Below, in pieces: positions 13,521-27,158 of a stretch of 64,000 bases of DNA. The DNA is from the human T2T-CHM13v2.0 reference genome, Homo sapiens: assembly GCF_009914755.1 (NCBI RefSeq), contig NC_060925.1; one strand, given 5' to 3'. Position numbers and translations under genes: made by a program. Position 1 is the first letter of the stretch. The number at the start of each line of letters is the position of its first letter. Under the pieces are notes generated by a model, which did not search any database, was not told the DNA's origin, and worked only from the letters and a program-made list of their open reading frames with translations.

Positions 13521-14365
13521 ATGATCTCTATAAATAAGCAAGGTATTTTGCATATAGCAGGTGCTCTGTGAGTGATCATTGAATGAAGGTATAGTTGAGT
13601 AAATGTATCAAATTTAAATGGTTTCAAGAAATGCTTAAATTGTCTCATGAATCACTGACTTATAATGGAATTGCAAAAGAAGCAAGGGATATTTATATTT
13701 TATTCTTAATCCTTTGAGAAATAACTGTACTACCCTACAACATGATTATTAATGTGCTTTTCAGAAGTAAAAAACTAGACTGAACAGCTCACAGATATGA
13801 TTCAATAGGAAATTGTTTGTGTTCTTATTTATTTCTTCTTGTTCAATCATAACTGATTAAACAAAGGAACTGTATTGACTAAAATCAGGTGTAGAGTAGT
13901 ACAGATAGCTGGCATAACGTGATAGAGGAAGACATTCAGAATTTTCTAAATAGAGCCTTTTTGAGACTCAAGATGGAATTATCTGTTTGTGTCAGCATGT
14001 AAAGGCCCTACATTTTCAGGGTCTGCTGAGTGAACTAGCAGATAAGCACACTAGCCTGGAAGTTTGAAGACTGAATCCAATTTCTGACTATCAATGGCTT
14101 AAGTCACTATGTGGAAAGACCAAGGTAATTTGTCATCTTGATTTGCCATCAACACCATTTCTGCCCTTTCGTATGATTTTGTGCTTTCAATGCTGTGTTA
14201 ACACAAAGAAAAATCTTTTTACAGGTGGATCAATGAGTGGGATCCTCTTGAGCTCTAATATTCAGTAGTTTGAACATTTTTAGCCATGGTAAACAATGCC
14301 TGAATTGAAAACATATCTTTAAAAGCAGAACACTTAAGTTAGTCGTAAACCAGCCCTTTTATACC

Positions 14366-14560
14366 TTGGATACCATACTCATTGTCATTGATACCATACT
14401 CATTGTCATTGGATACCTTACTCATTGGATACCATACTCATTGTCATCGATTCATTCAAAGAAAAACTTGGATACCATACTCATTGTCTTGGTACCATAC
14501 TCATTGTCATTGATTCATTGGATACCATACTCATTGTCATTGATTCATTCAAAGAAAAAC
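14366..14560. repeat. Seven-unit variable-length tandem repeat built from a 43-bp master unit
   Basis: Units of 22, 21, 16, 43, 21, 29 and 43 nt, all starting at the TTGGATACC anchor (two units lack one base of it). Confidence 0.95.
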
Positions 14561-17500
14561 TTGACTGTGTTTTGTGGCAATGCCATAGATAGAATAATGA
14601 AAACAGTCTGCCCTTAAGGGGTGCACAGCATGATTGGGAGACAGATATGTCATACAGATTTGTAATACTATGTGATGGCAACATACATGAAGTTAGGCAG
14701 TAACATGGAAAGGAAAGTGCCTAATTGTGCTGAAAGCATTAACGAAGAGTTTCCAGAGGGGCTGAAGCTTGAGATGGGAATTGAAGGATAAGCAGGAGTT
14801 TGCTTGGCAGACACAGGAGAGCATTCCAGAGTGGAAGAACTGGCAGATGGCAGGGTTCAGCACACACTTAGAAGTGGGTGTGCTTTGCATGACCACAGCA
14901 GTGCTCTTCAAAATTACTTTTTCTCTCGTACCTGTGAAGAGACTCAAAATACTCAGCAAACCACACATTCTTAGAGTAACACCTAAACATCCAATAATAG
15001 GTTTAATAGTAGCAAAGAGAGTAATTGGGGCATATAATTTTATTTTAAACTACTATCATTTAAAAATAAATCTTAAATTTACTTTCGTAAGTGTCTTCTC
15101 TGTACCATACCAATTTGAAAATCACCATCATTTATTTAAAAAAAATCATGGTCATTTACTTTTTTTTTTTTAAAGGAGCATGGAAAGTTTTTATTGTTCT
15201 TGCCAAATCTTACAGCAATTTAATGTATATGAGAAAACAAAATACCACCTCTTCTATTACTGTTAAACATCAGCCTAAGAAGCCTGTTTTTCTTTTTGTA
15301 ATGTTTTTCCTTTACTATCTGTTTCTGGAAAAAGTGCTAATATGTTTACATTTCAAATATTTTTTTTTTTTTCCTGCTGGGAGTCAGGCCAGTAAGAGGA
15401 AAGCAAAATGGCAGGAGAAGCAAATAGTGATGTAGGCAGAATCAATGACACTGCTAGGAATAAAAACTTTATTTCTCATATGCCTACTAAGTACTATCAG
15501 AAGAGATGCAATAATAAAAACACTGTCTAGGTTCTCAAAAGCCTAAAATCCAGTAAAAGGAGGAGAAAAGTATATAAATGTGTGTATGTTAAAAATGTAA
15601 AATAAACTAAAAAAATATATACAGAATGTATCTTGAAAGATAAAATTGATTTTGATCGGTAGAGATTTGAAGAAGAGAATTGTGAGCACAAGGAAAGAAT
15701 AGGTTGTATGAAGCATGAGAAATTATTAGGTAAGAGTTGGAGGTCTAACTGACTAAAACATTGGAATATATACATATATTTATATATATGGAACAGGAAA
15801 AAGAAGATAGAAAGATAGGTTGGAAACTCCTGCACTCTCATGGTAAACATAAATTTTGATTTTCTCATACTCCTCTGACTGACTCTTTCAATCTTCTTAC
15901 TGAGTTGTTCTTCTGACGTTCCCTGAGTTTTATCCTTGACCCAACATTCAAGACGTTCTCTATGGTCACGTAGACTAATCTCCTTTATGTGTGATGCCAT
16001 CAACCTACATCCTGATAACTCTCAAATGTGTTTCTCTAGTTTGAATGACTAAACCCGTCTCCTAAGATCTACATCCATGTTTCCAACTACTTAACAGGTG
16101 TCTCATCTCAAATACCCCCAAATACCCCAAAATTAACATGTTGCAACTTGCTTCTTCTCTAGATTTAGTGATACTATCATTTTTCTGTTATGAAAGTGGG
16201 TACCTTATTAAACATACTCTTTGTACAATGAAGGAAATTGATCTAATATAATGTTTATTAAAGCAATTCAATAAGCATAGGAGACCATCTTCTAAGCTTT
16301 GCAACCCCCTTCTCTTTTCACAGGGCATGAAACCAGCAGCCACTTGACCCAAGGGCAGCTGGTCTATGTGCTAAGCAGTTGTCTGCAAGGAAGGCTGGTG
16401 CAAAACTCTGAGCAAGGGGGAAAAATAATGACCAGGCCAGCGAGATAATATCAGGAAATGAAACTTGAAATGTGGGAAAGGTATTGAGCAAATGACTCAG
16501 AAGTCAGAGAGAAGTACATTAGCAGAAGTCATTAGCAAAAGTAGAAAGAGACAAAGAGTGAAAGGAGAGTGGTTGAGTTGCATAAATAGAGATGTACTGG
16601 AGTTGAGTAAAGCAATTCCTATGGCCCACTATAGATCTCTAAACCTAGCAAATGCCTGATGTTCAATAGGTACTCCATAGATTTGTGTGGATTTTCTCAC
16701 TTGGAAAGAGATTATGTGGCCCCTAGAGCTTTCTGACTTTTCAAGCATATGACTCTGAGAAAAGAAGGAAGTACAGAAGGAATGGATACTGGGTAAGACA
16801 TTAAAAGTAATCGGGTCTAAATTAGTGTAAAAATCAAAAGGATAAACATAACAGAAAAATTTGGAGATAGACTCTTCAATACTTATGCAATACAGATAAA
16901 GGCAAAATAAAAGATGCCTCCAAGTGACTGCACTTGAATAGTCTGAGATAAAGCTAAATCTTCAGTAACATTATGGAAGTTTGGAGGAGGAGTTGGTTGG
17001 AGATGATGTGGATGAGTTTGGTTTTATAAATAGCGAGTGTTCATTTTTTTTTGTCTCTGTAAATTTGTGTTTCTATTTCACTTCTATAGAATTTTATACT
17101 ATTGTAACATATACATATATTTTTTCAGTCTAGTTGGTTACCTATTTCTCAGCTAAAAACTTTTGAATACAACAACTCTTTTGTGATCACGTTTTGTTAA
17201 ACTAGACTTTTTATTTTGAGATATTATACATTCACATGTAATTGTAAGAAACAATACAAAAACATTCTGTATAACCTTTACCCATTTCCCCTAACGGTAG
17301 CATCTTGTAAAACAATAGTACAATCTCACAAACAGGATATCAGCATTGAAACTAACCTAAGTTATAAAGCGTTAAAAATCGCTTCTCAGTTGAGTTATCA
17401 TTTGCAATGATTACTCTTCTACAATTGATCAAAACAATATTTTTAGATGTTGGTTAATCACTAGTAAAAACAAATACTTGGGAAATGTGTATTTTAAGGA

Positions 17501-17639
17501 GATAAATGTGGCTCCCCCAACCCCAAAGTAGTTCTTGTGTCTGTGGATGAATAGTAATTATTGCTGTAATGAGAAAAGATTTAACATAAATTATATTGCT
17601 TTGTTTCTCATTTATAGCTGTAAGTGCTAAGAAACTTTG

Positions 17640-19120
17640 TTCGAATAAATAAGGAGATGGGGAAAAGAGGAGTTCTGTTTGATTGACTGAGTGGATGGTG
17701 GTGCCAAGGTGGAAAATGTAGGAAAAGGAAAAGCAAATGGGGAGCCAGTTTGTTTTTGGATATGTTGAGCTAGGGGTCTCTAAAATCAACTAAGAAGGGG
17801 CTTCCATGGAAGAGGGAGGGGGAATAGGTATCAGGGGGTGTATTGGAAACCAAAAGACAGAGAGTTTTGAGAAAGTCCCCTGGGGTCCACAGCTACTGCA
17901 GAGAGATGAAATCAGCACACGGGCATTTTGGCCAAGTTAGAGAGAAGAATCACTGTGGCACAGAAGCTACATATTTCCGAGTGTTCTGGCTTGCCTGCCA
18001 CATTTCCTAATTGTTCTAGAGAATGTCTGTACCACCACAGAGCAGTGAAAGCACCAAGTCTCTCACTGAGGGCAGCATGCCCTCAGGTGCATGCGACTTG
18101 AGGACCCTGTGGGAGGAAACTTGAACCTGGATCATGGGGGTTTAAACATAAGGGATCTTCAGATGAGTCCAGATGAAGTGATTCTTGACTGGGGGAAAAG
18201 AAAATATTTGAATGATGGAGTGGGTTATGGCTTCACATGGATAGGAACAAATGGGACCTGGGCTTTTGTTTCCTCATATGTAAAATGGGGATAATAAGCA
18301 TGAGGAAGAATGTCCGGCATACAGCAAGAGTTCAATAAATATGAGCTTTTGTAGCAGTAGTAGAAGCTCCAAATATGGTGTATCTGTGGTTGCCCTTCCT
18401 GGTTGTGCCTTCAGCCTCATACCACATCTCCAATATATAAAATTTTTCAGTGCCCTGGAAAGATCTTGGCTCTTTTAAAAGGGAAAGAAATGTGTTTTTA
18501 GGAATGCATCTGCTTGCAATGGTAGAACTGCTTGTAAGAAGCAGAGGGAGCTTCCTTATAAATTAGAGAAGGAAAGGGTAAGCAATGGTGGGTGGTCTGG
18601 GGAGGTGAGCGGTCTGTGAATGTTCTGGAGCCCAGTGGACTGCGGCAGAGTAGCTCTCACAGGGTTGGTACGGGTAGGACCACTCCCTGGGAGAAGGCAA
18701 AGCAGCAGCAGTATAGGTGGCAGAAACTAGCTTGGAGGTGAGATATCCCTTACTTATGCAGAACTTTCACAGGGGGTCTTCCAGGACAGCCTTCAGCTTT
18801 CTTTCAACCAAACAGTTAGATATTGAGATTAAAGTTTACGTCAGTTGTGATACATTCATGTGAATGAAGCCTCAGGTGCTAAGAACTATCCACTGATATA
18901 GTAAGTGGGAAGTCTTTGGTAACGTCAACCAGATTGTTTCTGTGGAGTCTGGGTGCAGAAACCAGAGTGGGACAGGTAGAGGAACCCACAGAAGGTGAAG
19001 AGGGGGATGTGGATCTTTCAAGAAGTTTGGCTGTGAAGGCATAAAGCACTAGTGTGGAGAAGGTGATGCTTAGAGGGTGATGAAGAAAGTTTTGGATTGA
19101 AAGAGACTTGAGCATGGTTA
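17640..19120 (-). mobile_element. L2 fragments (about 17640-17910 and about 18840-19120)
   Basis: L2-like motifs such as gagtggatggtggtgcca, tttggatatgttgag and tcaagaagtttggctgtgaagg. Confidence 0.55.
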
Positions 19121-19199
19121 CAGTCTACAACCTGATGGACTGTACCTTGTCATTGACAAGGTAGTAGCTTTTGTTATTTTTGTTTGTTTTTATTGTTAT

Positions 19200-19380
19200 G
19201 GATCTTAATATTTAATTTTTAAAAATTTTAATTATGGGTACATAATAGTTGTACATATTTATGGGGTACATGTAATGTCTTGATGCAGGCATACAATGTG
19301 TGGTGATCAGTTATTTCTTTGTGTTAAGAACATTGTATTCTTTTAGTTATTTAAAAATATCCAATAAATTATTAGCTATA
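19200..19380 (-). mobile_element. L1MA 3'-end fragment
   Basis: gggtacataatagttgtacatatttatggggtacatg is a typical L1MA terminus on the reverse strand. Confidence 0.75.
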
Positions 19381-19740
19381 AAAAAATAAAGATTCACTTC
19401 TCTTTCTAGCTCCAGTTATTATTATTATTTTTTAATCGTCTCCATTTCTTTCTCTCCCTTTGCCTACCAGTCCACCTACACCACTTTTTCTTTCCTTGCC
19501 CTGACTTGAAGTGCTCCTTCCTTGGACCCCAAGTCACAGTTTTATAACTTTGTCTGCTCATTGTGGACAGCATGTTTTGAGGAGCAGAGTTTCACCAGTC
19601 ACTGGAAGTAATTACATAGGCACATGCAGACCAGCCCTCAACCTCCCCGTTTTATGGGCATATAATATTCAGCCCTAAAAATTTTACAGAACTGTTTTAG
19701 AGTTTTTCAACCAATATCCTTTTCTCAAGTTGCCCAAAGC

Positions 19741-19743
19741 TAT

Positions 19744-19782
<39 letters not shown>

Positions 19783-19785
19783 TTT
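19741..19785. repeat. (TTTA)n tetranucleotide microsatellite
   Basis: About 11 perfect units, read directly. Confidence 0.95.
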
Positions 19786-22700
19786 GCTGGAAGTGGCTTT
19801 GGGAATCATTCTCTTTACCATGAGCCACTTGGGCATTCATGTGTTAAAGCCTGGAAAAGCCAGTAGGAACTTAGAAATATAGAATCACTTTGGAAGCTTG
19901 GCTGTTTACTACTAAGATTTCATCTTCTAATTAGCAGATTCTTTCTTTTCTTCCCCCACACCATCCCCTAGACCACACAACAATTCTCTTATTGTTTTGG
20001 CTTGTCTTTTGTAATCAAGGCTGAAAGATCTTCTAAGAAGGCATGTGTTCTCCTGCTGCCAGTCCATTAAGGAACAGCTGTACCACACATGGCCCCCAGT
20101 TGCTAAATCCTGGGAGCCCATTCATATCGTTTTCCATGTACAAGTTGATGGTATTGGGACGCATTGGGTTCAAGTCTTGGCATACACATTCAGGTATGCA
20201 AGAAATGTAACTTACTTTATTCTTCTGTCATTAAACTTTCTTTCTATTTTGAGCCCCCATGCTGATGAGCAGTAGTAATTTACTCTCAGTCAATTATGCC
20301 TGTTATGCTTGGGGCTGTACCTAACTGTGGAGATGGCTTATATGTGCCAAGATCACAGGGAAAATGATCCATTTTTGTCCTTGGTCACCAGTTGATGCTG
20401 GTTACCTGAGATGACCCTGGTTCTCATCACAGGGACACCCTCAGGGAATTTCTGGCAGGCTCTGTTGCCCTTCCTATTTAGCTCTGGTGGTCAGTGGTTC
20501 CTCTCTAGGGCTAAGCCACTTAGGAATCTATTACCATAATGAGGCAAGATCCCTCTGCTCTCAGATCATACAAACCTATTTTGGGTTTTTATCCCTTTCC
20601 CAGCTCGAAAGTCAAGGTACAATCAACTTTATTGGACCCACTACCATCTATTCATTCCCATTATTTCCCTTTGGTCTCTTTCCTCTTCTTTCAGCTTGGG
20701 AGAATCTTTTCTAAGCTAATGTGGTAGTGGTCGTGTTGGTAGTATGAGAGCAAGGGTCCCTATCTTCAATCCATTCACCATGCGGGCTAAACCATGGATG
20801 GAATCGTCTCAGGACCCAGGTGGCAGAGGCTTAGAAAACCCCACAGCCAAAAAAGGATTTCTTGTTTCCTTGCTTTTCATTCTGTTGTATTACTTCCTAA
20901 TGAGGTTAATACATGTAGAAAAGTCTGGCATTGTGAATTGAGTGGAGTAAGAAGAAGAGAAGCATGGAACCAGTGGGGTAAAATGTTAGTATTTCCAAAT
21001 TTTTTCCATCCTTTTACACTAGTACTTTAAAGCTTCCCCTGAGTAAGTATTCCTGGTCTTGTTATCAGTCCGTCGACAGCCTTGCAGGATGGGCGTTGGG
21101 GAAGTGAGAGAAGGTGGGGGAGCCTGAAAGTGCCTCAGAGTGGAGACTGAAGTGTCCTGGTATAGTTGAAAATATATGTGTGCATTTCTTTTTTCTTCCT
21201 GTTTCAATGTGTCAGGCAAGAGCAGGAACACCAAAGAAGGGATTCAACTGTAAGGGATGGAATCTCGTCCCTACCCCCCCACTCCCCATTCTACTATCAT
21301 ATTTTATCTGTCATCTGTGTTTCAGTTTTGTCCTCCAATATAAGGAATGATAAAAATTAATGGTTTTGAGTATAAAAAATGATAATCATATTCCCCATAA
21401 CTAGAGAGTTGGAAGGGAACGATTATTGGCACTATAGAACAAAGACATCTTGTGTAAATCTGATCTAACAATAATTTGAGGTCTATGAAGAATTATGCCA
21501 ACAGCCCCAATTCAGTAAGTTTTCCTTTCCTCTTGCAATTAGCAGCCTAATTTCAGACTGCTAGGAATAAGTTTTGAACCCTAATGTGTTGTCTATGAAG
21601 AGAATGGGCACTTGTCTGTTTGCAGCCCTGTCCAAGTCTTGCTTGTCTTCTGGATGCCTGCGGTTGTCAGGATCAGAAAAACATGAAGACAAAGCATGAG
21701 CGACTTAGAGGAAAATCAGAGCTCCTTGATGAGGTTGTTCTCCTACTGTGCCTGGCAATGCCTGGTTTCACTCTGGGAGGTCTGTCCAATTTATGGTCAG
21801 GCCCCACCTTCCTTTTTTTTTTTTGTAATGAATGAAGGTTAGGTGGGAGCCAATGAAGGTTACAGGCAAATGAACGTGTACTGCCAGACTGCACGTAGAA
21901 TAATAATATTGACAAGTGGTCTAATATATATTTTGAGTTTCTTTGTTCTGGGAAATAAGCTAAATGCTTATTTATTTGCCTTACTACTTTAATCTTCATG
22001 ACAATCCTTTGAGGTAGGAACTCTTGTTATTACCATTAAACAGATCAGTAAACAGCCTTGAGAGCTTCTAAGGAGTGTTTCCCCATATCAGGATCAATAC
22101 TTTTACAGTGCCAGCCAAAGAAGGAGCCCTGGCCTCTCCAAAGGCTACCTTGTGAGAGAGAAGCTTCTGCCCATTGGTGCAGGTACCCATGTGTAACCAT
22201 GCGGAGTCTGACCTATGTAACTGGAAGAAAGTGTGTGTGCAGATTCTAGCTTCAGAAGATAATGCTGGTTCATTTGAATATTAATATAAAATGGTAATGA
22301 CAAGTAGCATTTCTTATTATTGTTTCATTATTCCTACGATGTTGTCCCTGAGAAAGATTGCAGCTTTCTCTGAAAGCAGGGGAATGCACAGTCCCTCCGG
22401 CCCCCTCCTCCCCACCAGGGGAAGACTTAAATGCTGATGATGGCAGGAAGGGATTGCCACTCTAACCACTCAGTTTTTATTTATTATTTATTATCACATC
22501 TTGTTCCTTTTAATGAAAAGAAATGCTTGCATTCCTCTTATTAAATTTTGGGCAACACATCTTTATGCCTCACTCCAGCTTTGGCATGAGTACATGTGTA
22601 TTTGTAACTTTTATTAAAACATGAAAGAACTTTTCTAAACTAAATCACCAAATAAATTTAATGTCTTTCCTCACCCCTACATCGATGTGAGTGTGTGTGT

Positions 22701-22881
22701 GTCTCAGTGAGTAATGAAAACCCACTCCTTAATAATGTGAGTATGTGTGTCTGTGAGTGATTAAAACTCATTTCCCTAATAACATCACAAGTTTGTTTTG
22801 GTTGGAATAAAGGGTGAGTGGGAAGAACAGTGTGAGACCCCTCTGTGTGTCTGTGAGAGTGGATGAAGGGTGCAAACTGGT

Positions 22882-23253
22882 TGTATTAGTCCGTTCTCAC
22901 GCTGCTTTGAAGAAATACCTGAGGCTGGGTAATTTATTAAGGGAGGGTGTTTAATTGACTAACAGTTCAGTACGGTTTGGGGGTCCTCAGGAAACTTACA
23001 ATTATGGTGGAAGATACCTCTTCACAGTGGGGCAGGAAAGAAAATGAGTGCCAGTATGGGAAATGCCAGACACTTATAAAACTATGAGATCTCTTGAGAC
23101 TTAACTCATTGTCACGAGAACAGCATAAGGGAAACTGCCCCCATGATTCAATTACCTCCACCTGGTCCCACTCTTGACATGTGGGGATTATGGGATTATG
23201 GGGTTTACAATTCAAAATGAGATTTGGGGTGGGGACACAGCCAAACTATATCA
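22882..23253 (-). mobile_element. THE1 (THE1C/D-like) MaLR solo LTR
   Basis: Termini tgtattagtccgttctcacgctgct ... ggggacacagccaaactatatca; about 370 bp. Confidence 0.92.
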
Positions 23254-24529
23254 CCATTGGAGAGGGAGTGTGGATTAAAGGTTGGCGAATCTGGGTCACT
23301 TGGAAATCTGCAGCAGGTCTGAGAGTAGGATGGCTGGCTTCTTACTGCCAGCTTTCCCCTTTCCCTCATGCTGCTGAGAGATGGGAGTCTTGGAACACAA
23401 ACTGCAAGGCAGAGGCAGTGACAGTCCAGGACAATACAGATTCCTTCACATGTGTTCATGACTATCCCTCAAAGCCTGCCTGCATGTTAGCTCTGAGGGT
23501 CTGGGAATACAGATGGGAAGAAATCTTAGTGATAAGCCAATCTACCCCCTCATTTTACAGATGAAGAGATTAGGGGAAAGGTTGAACAGCCAAGGCCATG
23601 GAGCAAGTGAGGATCAGCTAATGCTCCACACTCCAAGTTCTTCTAGTTCTAGTCCAGAGGGATAATTTTATAATTTTGTGTTCTAGCAGACATAGAATTA
23701 CCATAAGAGGTCTAGGACCTTGGGATTTTTGTTCTCAACATGTGTTGGTGTGCACAACACTCATCCTGAAATTAGAGCAATATTTTGTTCTATATTTTCT
23801 ATATTTCTATATTTTGTGCAATCTCCTAGTTAACACACATGTAGTTACTGAACCCATTGCAGTGCCTTCTCATATAAATGAGTTTTTAGCATAAGTACAT
23901 CTCTTCGCAATTGAAAATATAGCTTGCAAATGTGTGTTAAAATTATGTTTTTAGTGAAAATGTAAGTGTTGTTTGGTTAAAACTTTATTCTTCTGTGTTG
24001 GGAATGTGCACCAAGAGTGTTACACTGGAGAACCCTGGCCAATTGTCCTGGGTATGGAGGGGATTTGCTGGGAGTGTTGAGGGCTTGCATTTTTGTGCTT
24101 CTTCTTCTAGTTATAAATAAGCTGGTTTATTGAAAGATGGCTGTTGCAAAATATTTTTAGATTTGGAAACATCTCATTTGGGGTTGAGGTAGAGACTTCT
24201 GCTGGTTGATGAGAAGCCCAATATTATGATGACCACCCCCATATTCTCAAGTGTTTTCAGTCCACACTCCTGGTCATCCCTCCTTTCTTGGCATATGTTG
24301 ATTTTGCCATCCTTTCTTCCAAGAACCATCTTTCTTTTCATCTATATTTTCTTTATCTATAATTGAAGGAGATCACAAAAGGACCTGGGCCTGTCTGGCC
24401 ATAGGATGTGGGGATATTTGATGTTTGCTCAGAGCTGAAATGTATGAGTAGAAGGTAACTATTGATTGGAACTTTTTTTTTTTCATCTTTGGTAGTGTTT
24501 GTTGGATTGTGCTCTGAGACATCTGGTAC

Positions 24530-24785
24530 TCCAGAGATATCAAAAGATATTCTACCCCGGACAGGTTCTGTGTTCAAATAAGTTTGTAAAGCAAAGGGTA
24601 AAACTCAATTGATGAAGGACTTTTCGGGGCCTTTAATACAACAACTCACTCTCATATACATTATGGATTTTCAGGAGGGTAGTATGGTGTGCTGCATTTT
24701 CCTCAAGCATATTTAACCACAGATGCCACTTGTTTTTTCAAAGTATTACCCAGGTTCAGATTTTATGAACACAATTTGGGAAAAA
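24530..24785. mobile_element. hAT-Charlie MITE (MER112-like)
   Basis: Resembles the recalled MER112 consensus (ggacttt...gggcctttaata...gcatttt...tatttaaccac...acacaatttgggaa). Confidence 0.55.
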
Positions 24786-26299
24786 AACTAATCAATTTAG
24801 ATACTTAAACTTTATAGGTGAATTGTGTAGCCTTTCCAAATCCTATTTCTGAAGATTAGTTTTATTTAAGCCAAAACTTACTTAGAAGTGGTGGGAAAGA
24901 AAGGAAAGAGTAGACAGAAAAGGGATTAAACATATGTACAGAGTAGAAGTGTGGTGGAGGAAAAAGGATGAAAAAGGTGAAGGCACCTGGAAAGAACAGA
25001 AAGCTGTTCTCTTAGAATTATATCCACTGATGTGAAGGTTGATACTGCCGTTAGAGGACTGGAGGCATAATTGTACATGAATGTTGGTGATGATTATTGC
25101 TGCCATTGGATATGTAAACATGAAGTGTGGGCCTCTTGGAAAGTGGAAATACTGTGTTTCTCCAGGTTTATTCAAATAACAGGCACTCTTGAAACACCTG
25201 TTTTCAAGTTAGCTTAACGTTATGTTGACATCATGATGCACAAATGAAATAAATATTCAGAAAATAACCTTATAACAAAAGAGAAATAAAAAAGGATAAG
25301 TTTAGAGAATAACAATTTTACCATAAGTAGTAGAAATAATAAACACGGGAGGTGAGGTCTAGTTTCACCTGGGATGTGAAAGGAGACACTGCATCTTAGA
25401 TGAGTCTGGGCATGGCTTGGGTAATGTCAGTATGTTCGAGTAAACTGGGAGACTGGAACTTGGACTTAGAAACTGTCCTGTGTAGTACAGTAGTCACAAG
25501 AAAGTCAACTGAGCTGCCTATTAGATAGGCCAGTGGGTGTAGCGCCAGATACCCTGTGATTGTCTCCTGCCCATAAGGCTGTGTATGTGGTTGTCTAAGG
25601 GATGTTGAATGGAGGCAGGAATAGGATATAGTCCTTGGAATATAATCTGGCAAGAGAAAGGCAGAGCTATTCTCCTGGAGGACCTGCTATACTCAGAAGA
25701 CTATTGATATAGGGAGGGCTCAGGTGCAAGAAGTGAAGCAAGTCCTGGGAACTGGGATCAGACCTGTGAAAGAAGGGCAGGGCCAGCTGGGCAGCACAGC
25801 CAGGGGTGACCTTGGACCCCAGAGGGTTGATCCAGGGATGTTGACATTCTCTGTCTTGTCTTTCAGAGATAAGACTGGGCCTGGCCCTGACAATTTTGGG
25901 GTGTAAACAAGGAAAGCTAGGTGGTTCAACCATGGGAGAGGAGGAAAGCAGGAATTAGGATTCCAACAAGCTACACAGATAGAAGTTGGGTCACTTAGAG
26001 ATCCTTAGCCTTCCTTTTGTAAGGTTCCAATGATACCACTAAGTCTCTCATCTAAGCCTGATTGGATGCAATGAACTCTTCTCTGAAACACCTCCCTTTG
26101 TGTTCTCATGGAGATTTAGGGGCAGTGAGGGTGGGGCATATTCTCATGGTGATTGTGACATTCTCAATTTTGTGGTAGTTCAGTTGAACCTATCTTTTGT
26201 CTGACTAGTTGTTGAGAGTAGGGATTATTAAATCAGAAGCAGTCTACACAGCTGTCATTTCCTTTAATGTGCCAAACACTGAAAAACAAACAAACAAAT

Positions 26300-26605
26300 T
26301 TTAGTGTTATCATCCCCACTTTACAGACAACAAAACTGAGTTCCAGGAGGTAAGACGGCTGTTCAAGTCCTCAAAGCTGGGATGTGGAGGGGCAGGAGTT
26401 AGATCAGATTTCCTTGACTCCAAATCCCATGGGCTTTTGCCTAGACCAGTGATTCTCAACCTAGGAAGTTTTTAAAAATGTCGTTTTGTGAACCTCATCC
26501 TCAAAGGTTTGGATTCAATTCATCTGGGGTAGTATTTGAACCCCTGTATGTCTTCTTTTAACTCTCCCAGGTGATTTTAATATGCATACAGGGCTGAGAA
26601 TTCTG
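26300..26605. mobile_element. MIR (about 26300-26445, minus strand) followed by a MER5-type hAT MITE (26447-26605)
   Basis: MIR core ccccactttacagacaacaaaactgag; MER5 termini cagtgattctcaac ... gggctgagaattctg. Confidence 0.75.
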
Positions 26606-26864
26606 GCTCTCTATTATGTCAACATTGCTATCCTGGGCCTCTAGTATAACACTCACCCATGTAGAGGATAAAGAAATGTGTATTAATTTGTTTAGAGGGT
26701 TTCTGTGGCAAGAAAGAAAAGCAATGACTGTATGTTACCAGAAGTTATAAAGTGACTCCTTAGAGGCTGAAATGGAATATTTGATGTTTATCAGAAAACA
26801 TAATTAAGGATTGGAGAGCTATTCATTCTGTGCTCTGAAAGGCTTTTCAAAACTTTCATTGCAG

Positions 26865-27158
26865 GTGGCATTGTCCTCAGCCCAGCATATTATGGGATGC
26901 CTGGCCACACCGACACCATGATCCATGAAGTGGGACATGTTCTGGGACTCTACCATGTCTTTAAAGGAGTCAGTGAAAGAGAATCCTGCAATGACCCCTG
27001 CAAGGAGACAGTGCCATCCATGGAAACGGGAGACCTCTGTGCCGACACCGCCCCTACTCCCAAGAGTGAGCTGTGCCGGGAACCAGAGCCCACTAGTGAC
27101 ACCTGTGGCTTCACTCGCTTCCCAGGGGCTCCGTTCACCAACTACATGAGCTACACGG
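26865..27158 (+). CDS. PAPPA2: PAPPA2 coding exon (exon 5 equivalent) with the metzincin zinc-binding motif and Met-turn
   Basis: Acceptor cattgcag|GT, donor ACGG|gtatca. 294 nt, phase 1-1. [11 protein letters not shown] (HExxHxxGxxH) at 26924-26956; Met-turn NYMSY with ATG at 27146. Confidence 0.98.

Noticed and set aside
14366-14560. CRISPR-like appearance of the repeat cluster, and ORF 14366..14617
   Set aside because: No unique spacers (all sequence derives from one 43-mer), no cas genes and a primate intronic context; the ORF is a by-product of the repeat.
16305-16486. Strong-looking acceptor (cttctcttttcacag at 16323) with a possible donor at 16480
   Set aside because: Such pseudo-exons are common in long introns; it is 157 nt (frameshifting) and has no other support.
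22685-22781. Diverged tandem duplication of about 50 bp
   Set aside because: Old, TG-rich two-copy duplication with no evident functional signal.
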